From an uncultured Verrucomicrobiae bacterium (GTDB lineage Bacteria; Verrucomicrobiota; Verrucomicrobiia; Limisphaerales; CAIMTB01), in NCBI GenBank assembly GCA_963841495.1, contig CAWJDJ010000019.1, positions 41,053 to 105,052 of the forward strand: a stretch of DNA of 64,000 nt, read 5' to 3'. Both the position numbers and the translations under genes were made by a program. The notes beneath the pieces are model-generated. The model did not search any database, was not told the origin of the DNA, and saw nothing but the letters and a program-made list of their open reading frames with translations. How positions within the stretch are numbered: the stretch's first letter is position 1; every line of letters starts with the position of its first letter. This document shows, piece after piece, positions 56,050 through 64,000 of this stretch.

Positions 56050-56322
56050 GAGCCCGTCTGAGAATTAGGAAGGGCCCTGCGACGAGGGATTTTGTGCGAG
56101 GCCGAGACGGCGAGACCGGAGCATCCCCGCAGCGGGCTGTGACGGTCGAGCCAACGAAGGCCTCGCGCAAAAGACCCATCGCCCGAAGGGTTTTCGCAGG
56201 AAAGGCCGCCTGGCTTCGTTGCTCCTCAGTCACAGACCCCTGAAGGGTATGCTCCTTCGTCCCGCCTCGACATCCGGCCTTTCCTGCGAAAACAGGGCCC
56301 CTCCTAGTTTTCAGACGGGCTC
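56050..56322. repeat. Copy M5 of the palindromic MITE-like repeat (complete)
   Basis: Termini gagcccgtctgagaattaggaagggccctg / cagggcccctcctagttttcagacgggctc. Core clearly homologous to M4, with scattered mismatches. Confidence 0.75.
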
Positions 56323-56659
56323 CGAGGCCGCGCCCCATTGGGATCTCAGGACGGCGATGCTCGCTCGGGGATCGTTTCAGGTGCCTCTTCAACATCTGTG
56401 TGGTCGGGTGCAGGGCGTCGCAAATCGCGGGGACTTGCCTGATCGCATTGAGAAGACCGTAATCGCGGATCCCAATCTCGTGGCGTGCGCTTGCGTCTCT
56501 TATCAAATCCCCAGGTCCAATCGGGTCCTGCCGCAAGTGAAAATGTATTGGCATTGCGCCAAAAAATTGGCGCTCATCTGACTTCATCCCTCCACTCGCC
56601 TCGCCTCTAATAAGTTGAATTCCTCAAGGTTTTCCGGGAAATAGCGCGACTTTTGAGCT

Positions 56660-56675
56660 TGGCCTGGAATGTGCA
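56660..56675 (+). promoter_or_regulatory. Candidate sigma-54 (-24/-12) promoter upstream of the efflux operon
   Basis: TGGCCTGGAATGTGCA matches TGGCAC-N5-TTGCA in the invariant GG and GC with correct spacing. It lies ~160 nt upstream of the 56838 start and ~0.8 kb downstream of the sigma-54 activator gene. Confidence 0.35.
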
Positions 56676-56837
56676 AACGATCTGAAACAGGCGATTGCTG
56701 CTGGTAAGCAAACCCACGGCGACGCACCGACAGGCATCGTTCAGAATGTTAAGACCGTCGCAAAAATTGCCAACGAATGAACCGCAGCATTCCTGAGCGA
56801 GACGCATCCAACCCCGGAACATTCATCGCCGATCGCA

Positions 56838-57962
56838 ATGACGCCAACTGGTAACCCGGACTCGGATTCCGCTGATAAAGGCGCGATCAAACCAGAACAA
56901 CCACAGCAGGATCCAAAGGAGCCGGAACCCCCACCACCCCGAAAAAAGGGCCGAAAGCGCAGAATTCTTATCGCCATTGTGGCGGTATTGGCTGTGTTCG
57001 CCGCGGCGACTTTCTATTATTTGCGATTTGTTGCGCCCTACGAATCCACCGATGACGCGTTCATTGACGGATACGTCACGATTGTCAGCTCGCGTGTGCC
57101 GGGTCAGATCGCGCGGCTGCTGGCAAGGGACAATCAAACGGTCAACGAAGGTGATGTCCTGGTGGAACTGGACCCGCGCGATTATGAAACGAGCCTGGCC
57201 AATGCCAGGGCCGATCTGGCGACGGCGCGGAGCCGATCGTATGAAGGCCAGGCCCAGGTGAAAGTCAGTCAAGCCAGGGTCGCGCAGGCGCAGGCGGCGG
57301 TGACGGCTGCTGAAGCGGAGAACCAACGAGCGGCGGATGACCTGAAACGTTATAAATCCGTCGAAAGCCGGGCCGTGTCCCGGAGCGCGCTTGATCTGGC
57401 CCAAGCCCAGGCGCGCTCCGCCAGAGCCGATCTGGAAGCGGCGCGTAGCCAGGTCAAGGCAGCCCAGGCGGAGGAAACCCTCAGCCAAGCCGCCTTTGAA
57501 ACCGCCACCGCGGCGGTTCAACAGGCCCAAACCAAAGTCCGCCAGGCTGAACTGAATCTATCCTACACAAAAATCATCGCTCCGGTGGCCGCTCGGGTCA
57601 CCGCCCGCACGGTGGAAGTGGGAAATTACGTGCATCCCGGCCAGGCGTTGCTTGCCCTGGTTCCGACAAACGTGTGGGTGACCGCCAATTTCAAGGAAAC
57701 TCAGTTGACCGATATGCGGCCGGGAGACCCCGTGGAAGTGCATATTGATCCCTACCCAAATCGAGATTTCAAAGCCACGGTTGACAGCTTACAGGCAGGC
57801 ACCGGCGCGCGGTTCAGCCTATTGCCGCCGGAAAATGCCGTGGGAAATTACGTCAAGGTCGTCCAGCGCGTGCCGGTGAAAATTATTTTCGCCGAAGCGA
57901 TGCCGACCAACCTGGACATTGCGCCAGGCATGTCCGTCGAGCCGAAAGTCAAAGTCAAATGA
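56838..57962 (+). CDS. emrA: HlyD/EmrA-family membrane fusion protein of an MFS efflux pump
   Basis: N-terminal TM (ILIAIVAVLAVFAAATFYY), TDDAFIDGYV, a long coiled coil, and C-terminal YVKVVQRVPVKI typical of EmrA. The stop overlaps the emrB start (ATGA). Confidence 0.85.
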   Translation: MTPTGNPDSDSADKGAIKPEQPQQDPKEPEPPPPRKKGRKRRILIAIVAVLAVFAAATFYYLRFVAPYESTDDAFIDGYVTIVSSRVPGQIARLLARDNQTVNEGDVLVELDPRDYETSLANARADLATARSRSYEGQAQVKVSQARVAQAQAAVTAAEAENQRAADDLKRYKSVESRAVSRSALDLAQAQARSARADLEAARSQVKAAQAEETLSQAAFETATAAVQQAQTKVRQAELNLSYTKIIAPVAARVTARTVEVGNYVHPGQALLALVPTNVWVTANFKETQLTDMRPGDPVEVHIDPYPNRDFKATVDSLQAGTGARFSLLPPENAVGNYVKVVQRVPVKIIFAEAMPTNLDIAPGMSVEPKVKVK

Positions 57963-58262
57963 GCGCCGCCACTTCCACGCCGGTGACGGAATGGCGCCCG
58001 CGCTTCAACCCGTGGCTGATTGCGGTGCCAGTGATGCTGGCGACGTTCATGGTCATTTTGGACACCTCCATCGTCGTGGTGGCGCTGCCATACATTGCGG
58101 GAAATCTTGGGGCCACGCGGGATCAATCCACCTGGGTGCTCACAAGTTATCTTGTGGCCAATGCGGTCATCCTGCCGGCCAGTGCCTGGCTTTCCAGTTT
58201 TTTGGGACGCAAACGCTTTCTGGTCGCTTGCACCGTGTTGTTCACCCTGGCCCATCTTCGAC
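57959..58262 (+). pseudogene. emrB: EmrB/QacA (DHA2) MFS transporter, 5' part, interrupted by an IS
   Basis: LATFMVILDTSIVVVALPYIAGNLGA...LGRKRFLVACTVLFTLA. The frame then runs into IS sequence. Confidence 0.85.
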
Positions 58263-59739
58263 AGTTCCAAAAACTGCAACACTGATAGTCAACGACTTGC
58301 GAAGACACCTCAGGCTCTTGGCACTACATTTTCGCTTTGCCCGGGCGTCTTCATGCGAGTTCCCGCATCGTGGGCGGAACGGCGACGCCAGCGGCGGCCA
58401 ATGCCTTGTGCGCCTGGCCGACCAACTGACTACGGAGGGCAAATCGTTGACCCTGGAATGTCGCCTCGACCTCGTGGAGTTGGTCCAAGCCGCGCAACAC
58501 TTCGGCCCATTCCCAACTCTCTCCCTTTTCTTCCAGTCGGAGCTCCAAGGCGCGTTTGAGCATCACGGCAAGGAAGCTGCAAAACACGTGACCGCGGATT
58601 GTCTCGTCCCGCTTGTGATAGATCGGCCGGGTTTCCAACACCGATTTCATCGTCCGGAAAACGTCTTCCACCATCCAGAGTTGCTTGTACGCCATCGCGA
58701 TCATCTCCGGCTCATCGGCCAGGTTCGTGCGTAGAACCCACAATCCGTCGTAGCGCGCTTCTTCTGTCACCTTTTCTTCATCCAGCGTGAAGTGGTCACC
58801 GGACTCGGAGCGGAGGAACTTTCGAAAGCCCTTGTTGCCGATGAATTCCTTGTCGCCCCCGGGCAAGCGTTCACGTAAGTGCGCGACGATGGCTTCGCGA
58901 TCGGCCGTATCCTTACGGCGTTGTTCCTCGTTGAGACACACGACGTATCGACGATCGTCGATGTACACCTGCTTCACCTTCAGGGGCGACGGATCCTTGG
59001 TCCGGTGACGCTCGGGCTGGACTTCGCGAAAACGGCCCGGATCGCTCAACACCCGATCGCTGACTTCTTTAGTCGAACGCATCCGGGCGCCCAAGATGTA
59101 GTCACAATCCAGTTCTTTGGACTCCAAGGCGGCGATGGTCGCGGCGCTGATCATGCCGCGGTCGGCAACGATGGTCACCTTGCGAACCCCGAAGCGCTGA
59201 CGCAAGCGCTGGACCACCGGCACCAGCGAAACGACGTCGGCCGTATTGCCAGGCCACAGTTCACAACATATTGGGCGCCCATGAAGATCCACGACCATCC
59301 CCACGACCATCTGCCTCAGATCGGGCCGGTGGTCCTTGCTCTTTCCGTACTGCCGAGTTCCTGGCCCCCCTGGCCTTCGAAGTAGATGGAGGTGGTGTCG
59401 AAGAACACCAGATCGAGTTCACTGAAGAGATTGCGGCGGGGCTCGAATAGAGTTTCTTCAAGCCGATCCTTGATGCAACGCGGTGCTCCGGGGACGGTCG
59501 CGGCGGAAGCATCGGCCAACGGCTCGCCCAGGAACGCCATGGCTCGGTAGAGATGGTGCAAATCGAGGGACTCCGTACCCGGCATGCGGTATGCCTCACG
59601 CCAACGCTCCGCGGCTCGATCACTACCGGAAGCAAACAGTCGATGAAGAACTGTCAGGTAGACGGCACGCTCGACGTCGAACTCGAAGCGCCGGGAGCGC
59701 ACTCTGTTGGAGACTGTGGATAAGTTTTAGAGGGTGGCT
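58263..59739 (-). mobile_element. IS1634/IS4-superfamily insertion sequence inside emrB
   Basis: Boundaries come from the resumption of the emrB frame (..FTLA | SLTCGIATSMPMLVIARVLQG). Inverted repeats are weak by eye. Confidence 0.7.
58351..59702 (-). pseudogene. IS1634-family DDE transposase with one frameshift (~59330), possibly N-terminally truncated
   Basis: ORFs 59316..59702 and 58351..59310. FFDTTSIYFEG, then after the shift YGKSKDHRPDLRQ, then IVADRGMIS and YKQLWMVEDVFRTMKS. Confidence 0.75.
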
Positions 59740-61023
59740 TCGCTGACTTGTGGTATCGCGACCAGCATGCCAATGCTGGTCATTGCCCGCGTCCTGCAAG
59801 GTTTGGGTGGTGGCGCCATGCAACCGCTCTCTCAGGCGATCCTGCTGGAAAGTTTTCCGCCCACCCAACGCGGCACGGCCACGGCCTTGTTCGGTCTGGG
59901 CATTGTGGTCGCTCCCGTCGTCGGTCCCACCCTGGGCGGCTGGCTGACCGACCAATTCTCCTGGCGCTGGACCTTTTACATCAATCTGCCCGTCGGCATC
60001 CTTGCAGTTTTCCTGATGTTGCTGGTGGTCGAAGACCCGCCTTACATTCGCGCCAGCCGGCCGGGCCGCATTGACGGGATTGGTTTCGGCCTGATGGGTT
60101 TGTTTCTTGGAACATTGCAAATCATACTCGACAAGGGGCAGGACGCGGACTGGTTTTCGGCCGTATGGTTGCGCTGGTTTGCCGTCATCTGCGCCGTGTC
60201 CTTCATCGGATTCATCGTGCGCGAACTCTGGACCGACCATCCCATCGTGGATTTGCGCATTTTCAAAAACCGCAACTTCGCGATCAGCAGCGCCTTGTTT
60301 GGCATATTTGGCCTGGTCCTCTATGCGCTGATTGCTTTGCAACCCTTGTTTCTCCAGTCGCTGCTGGGCTACACCGCGTTTGATGCAGGCTTGTCCGTCA
60401 CTCCGCGCGGCATCGGAGCGTTGGTCGGGTTGTTTTGTGTGGGGGCGCTGGCGAGCCGGGTCAATCCGAAAATCCTGGTGGGATTCGGTTTCGCCATGTT
60501 GGGACTCTCCAGCTTTCTTTTGAGCCGGTTGAACCTGCAAATGTCCATGCGCAACATCATATTCCCGAACATCGTCTCCGGGCTCGGCACGAGCTTCATC
60601 TTTGTCCCTTTGACGACGCTGGCCATCGGCACGTTGCGCAACGAACAAATCGGCAATGCCACCGGCCTCCAGAATCTGGTCCGCAACATCGGCGGCAGTG
60701 TCGGCCTTTCCTTTGTTTCCACCATGTTGGAACGCTACGCCCAGGCGCACCAGGCGATGATGGTCGGGCAATTGTCGCCTCTGAATCCTCAATACCAACA
60801 ACACCTGGGCTTTGCGCAAAAGCTGTTGGAACTGCATTTCGATCCGGCTGGCGCCCTGGCGCGGGCGCGCGACCTCATTTATCACGGGATGCTCCAACAA
60901 TCCAGCTATTGGGCGTTCATGAATTTGTTCTACGTCGTGGCCTGCCTTTGCGCGGTGTGCCTTTTGTGCGTTTTCGTCTTTGAACGGCCCAAGCAGATCC
61001 GCGCCGTGGCTTTGGCCGAGTGA
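59740..61023 (+). pseudogene. emrB: EmrB/QacA (DHA2) MFS transporter, 3' part (428 codons, intact frame)
   Basis: RVLQGLGGGAMQPLSQAIL, GLGIVVAPVVGPTLGGWLTD and WRWTFYINLPVG are characteristic of 14-TM DHA2 pumps. Confidence 0.85.
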
Positions 61024-61038
61024 ACAGTGGCAAGAATT

Positions 61039-61684
61039 ATGAAACAAATTCTTCTCATTGACCGGGAATTCGGCGCGGGCGGCAGTACCATCGGCGAACA
61101 CTGGCCCGAGCGGCTGAACTGGAGATTGTTTGATCAGGCGCTGAGCGAAGAAATCGCGCGGCTTGCGCAAGAATTCCAGTCGAAGTCTGCAGAAGCGGGA
61201 GGAACGGACCGATCCTTTGCTTCAAAGGTTGGTCAATGTCATCTGGCGCGGGAGTTTTGATCCGAAACCTGCCGTCGCCCGATCTGGCCGTTTTGGACTA
61301 CCGACCGGCTGGTTTCATTGGTTCAAAAGTCATCGAACAGAGCCGCGGAGAAAAAGCCATGCGTGATCATAGGCCGCGGCGCGCCGTACTTTCTCCGCAA
61401 CCGCACCGATACCTTTTGCGTGTTTCTGTACGCCTCGCGCGAATCTCGAGTTCCGGCGAGTGTTCAAGCGCGTCGGGCGACGAAACGGAGGCCATCGAAT
61501 TGGTGGACACCATGGACGACGAACGCCGAAAATTTGTGAAGCATCATTTAGCCGAGGAATGGCCCAACCGCGCGCTTTTCCAAGTCGATGCTCAATACCG
61601 GCGTGGGCGATGAAATCACCGTTGAGACCATTCTGAATCTCTTGAATGCCGTCAATCGGAGCGAGGAGGTGCGTCAAACGATGA
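61039..61684 (+). pseudogene. Cytidylate-kinase-like family protein with several frame changes
   Basis: N-terminal ILLIDREFGAGGSTIGE (P-loop-like), then CVIIGRGAPYFLR, DDERRKFVKHH and MLNTGVGDEITVETIL lie in different frames. Confidence 0.55.
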
Positions 61685-63146
61685 AACCGACGATGGTCAC
61701 AGCCGCCACATTTCTCGCGCTCCTTGCGGGTTGTGCGGTCGGGACCAAACTATCACCCGCCCAAAGTGGATGTCAGCGGCGCAATGGTCTTCGTCTCTTG
61801 CCGGTGGTGAAACCAACAGCCCCGCCGACCTTGGCCGCCTGGTGGAAGAAATTTGGCGATACCAATCTGGATTCACTCATGGTGACGGCCGTTGAGTCTA
61901 ATCTCACGCTTCGAATCGCCGAAGCCCACGTGCGCGAAGCTCGCGCTGAACGTGGCGTGGTCGCCGGCGGCTTGTGGCCTTCGGTCGGAATCCAGGCATC
62001 GTATCTCCCGGAATCGCTTGGGAAAAAACAGCTTTCCGCCGCTGCCACCGAGGCACCTGCCGGACTACAATCTCTACAAAGCCGGATTTGACGCTGCTTG
62101 GGAACTTGACGTGTTCGGCGGCACACGGCGCGCGGTGGAGGCCGCCAATGCCCGGAAATTGGCGCCGCCGAATATGGCCAGCGCGACGTGCTGGTTTCGA
62201 TTGTTGGCGGAAGTCGCGCGGAATTACATCCAGGCGCGAGGCTACCAACAGCGCCTCGCCATCACGCGCAGCAACATCCTGGTTCAACAGGAGATTCTGG
62301 ATCTGACCAGCAACCGCTTTCAAAGCGGCTTGAACAGCGATCTCGACGTCCAACAGGCGACGGCAATTCTCACCTCAACCGAAGCACAAGTGCCCTCGCT
62401 CGAAACGGGTTTTCGGCAAAATGTTTACGCGCTCGCCGTCTTGCTCGCCCAGCCGCCTGGAGCGTTGGTGGACACAATGTCCGTCCGAAAAGCCCATCCC
62501 CGTCACCCCGCCGACCGTGCCGGTCGGATTGCCTTCCGAATTGCTGCAACGCCGGCCCGACATTCAACGCGCTGAACGCGACCTGGCTGCAGCCACCGCG
62601 CGCATCGGCGTGGCCAAGGCGGATCTATTTCCAAAGTTCTCGCTGATCGGGTTTTGCCGGCTTTGGAAAGCATATCGGCAGACGATTGGTTTGATTCCGC
62701 AAGCCGGGATTGGTCGGCCGGCCCGACCGTGCGGTGGGAAATGTTTCAGGCCGGGCGCATCCGCGCCAATGTCCGCGTCCAGAACGCCCGCCAGGAGCAG
62801 GCTTTGGATTCGTATCAGCAAACGGTGTTGGTGGCATTGAGGGATGTCGGAGAATGCGCTCACTGCCTACGCCAGGGAGCAGGTCCGGCGCGAATCACTG
62901 TCTCGATCCGTGCAGGCGAACCAACAGGCCCTGGAATTGTCCACCCAGCTTTACAAAAGCGGCCTTGTGGATTTCCTGCGCGTGCTGGATTCCGAACGGT
63001 CCCTCTATACGGCGCAGGACGCGTTGGTGCAAAGCGAGGAAGCCGTCTCCCTCAATCTCGTGCAACTTTACAAAGCGCTTGGCGGTGGTTGGGAGGCCGG
63101 CAAGGCGTCCGGCACCGTCGCGCTTTCAACGACATCAAGGAAATAG
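61681..63146 (+). pseudogene. NodT/OprM-family efflux outer-membrane factor lipoprotein with about 4 frame changes
   Basis: SD gaggagg 10 nt upstream. Lipobox FLALLAGC. Blocks [66 protein letters not shown] and LVQLYKALGGGW lie in frames 1, 2, 3, 2, 3. Confidence 0.8.
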
Positions 63147-63442
63147 TGTTCCAATTTCTCCAACCCTTCGATGTTACAGCTGCCGGAAGCCACCAAAGGC
63201 CGCGCCGCGCGCCTCAGTGCGCTTCGCTGAATGGCTCATTGAGCGACAGAGGGCGCCCCCGTCAAATCCCTGGTGTTGTGTCCCCGAAATTGCTCTGTAC
63301 CGCATGACCCCTACGATCGTCGACCGGGAGGAAAGCGCGTCCCGGACCTCGCATGGCCTGCCGGACGTGAAGTTCTCGCTTTGAGGCGGCGCCGGTAACC
63401 ACTGGTGAAAAGACGAATTCAACAAACCAAAAAACCGCATTT

Positions 63443-64000
63443 ATGAATACCACCCTCGAATACCAGGCATGGGTTGCCAAAGCCGCGAAGCTGCCGATGG
63501 CTCTCGAAACCGTTGATCTCGGTCCGCTCGGAACTGAGGACGTTGAAGTCGCGGTCGAAAATTGCGGCTTGTGCCACTCCGATCTCTCCATCCTGAACAA
63601 TGAATGGGGCGTTTCGCAATATCCTGCTGTTCTGGGCCACGAAGTCATTGGCCGCGTTGCGGCCGTCGGCCCGAATGCAAAGGGGGTCAAAGTCGGCCAG
63701 CGTGTCGGTGTCGGCTGGAACTCGGGCAGTTGCATGTACTGCCACCAGTGCATGTCGGGAAACCACCACCTTTGTCCGCAGGTGCAACCGACCATCGTGG
63801 GTCATCGCGGTGGATTCGCGAGTCATATTCGCGCGCACTGGGCCTGGGCCATCCCGTTGCCTGAACAGTTGAACCTCGCCGACGCGGGCCCGCTCCTGTG
63901 CGGGGGCGTCACAGTCTTTGCGCCACTCGCGATGCACGCAAAGCCGACGGACCGCGTCGGCATCATCGGCATCGGCGGCCTGGGGCACATGGCCGTCAAA
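63443..64000 (+). CDS. NAD(P)-dependent Zn alcohol dehydrogenase (CAD/YahK-like), 3'-truncated by the window end
   Basis: My own translation from ATG 63443: MNTTLEYQAW...CGLCHSDLSILNNEWG...VLGHEVIGRV...CMYCHQCMSGNHHLC...GIIGIGGLGHMAVK. It is open to the window end and is absent from the ORF track. Confidence 0.8.
   Translation, partial: MNTTLEYQAWVAKAAKLPMALETVDLGPLGTEDVEVAVENCGLCHSDLSILNNEWGVSQYPAVLGHEVIGRVAAVGPNAKGVKVGQRVGVGWNSGSCMYCHQCMSGNHHLCPQVQPTIVGHRGGFASHIRAHWAWAIPLPEQLNLADAGPLLCGGVTVFAPLAMHAKPTDRVGIIGIGGLGHMAVK

Noticed and set aside
26806-56322. Possibility that the recurring ~270-bp repeats or the three large units represent a CRISPR array or an integron cassette array.
   Set aside because: The repeats are long palindromes, irregularly spaced by kilobases of genes. 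There are no short regularly interspaced repeats, no cas genes, and no integrase or attC-like sites.
55799-56587. 262-aa minus-strand ORF between the sigma-54 activator and the efflux operon, plus similar ORFs at 54339..54725 and 26810..27247.
   Set aside because: Most of their length is the palindromic MITE-like repeat, which is open in several frames. Only the first ~85 codons (56330-56587) are unique, and they match nothing I recognise.
1-64000. tRNA, rRNA, tmRNA, riboswitch or prophage content.
   Set aside because: Scanning intergenic regions by eye, I saw no cloverleaf-type T-arm/anticodon patterns, no rRNA-like stretches and no phage structural or integrase genes. A proper tRNAscan/Infernal run was not possible, so this is absence of evidence only.

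Overview
High-GC bacterial chromosomal window. PEP-CTERM proteins, a giant beta-helix/LamG surface protein and Y1-transposase elements suggest a PVC/Verrucomicrobia-like organism, but that is inference only.

**Layout**
- 0.25-11.4 kb: ordinary housekeeping genes (HtrA, a split pta locus, hisC, argD, MidA-like methyltransferase, tlyA, nadK, LacI regulator, Uma2 nuclease).
- 11.7-26.7 kb: two convergent operons that look like an undescribed biosynthetic locus.
  - The plus-strand operon has a small ORF, a membrane-anchor-less S26 peptidase, a cysteine-dioxygenase-like cupin, a DUF2063-like partner, a DUF692/MNIO oxidase, a TauD oxygenase and a GSCFA protein.
  - The minus-strand operon has a Zn-ADH, carbamoyltransferase, O-methyltransferase, aryl/acyl-CoA ligase, beta-propeller S9-like hydrolase, stand-alone adenylating enzyme and carrier protein.
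- 26.8-50.5 kb: a very plastic accessory region.
  - It holds a DUF5060/DUF4038 glycosidase-like gene, an esterase, and three paralogous units of a giant secreted protein gene translationally coupled to a PEP-CTERM protein gene.
  - Only one giant gene is full length (2074-2086 aa).
  - The units are cut up by Y1 (IS200/RAYT-like) elements, ISL3 remnants and an IS4-family IS.
  - The whole block is bracketed by about 0.6-kb direct repeats.
- 50.8-55.9 kb: MEDS protein, sensor kinase, LuxR-type response regulator, single REC protein, and a receiver-less sigma-54 activator.
- 56.6-63.1 kb: an EmrA/EmrB/outer-membrane-factor efflux operon. emrB is split by an IS1634-like element and the OMF gene has multiple frameshifts.
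- 63.4 kb to the end: a partial Zn-alcohol dehydrogenase.

**Other points**
- A roughly 270-bp palindromic MITE-like repeat family occurs at least 5 times.
- Three short segments (2.4-3.6, 51.9-53.7 and 61.1-62.9 kb) carry dense indel clusters, while about 27 kb of neighbouring genes are intact.
- I recognised no rRNA, tRNA or CRISPR array.
- All family calls come from reading motifs in the translations. No database search was run.
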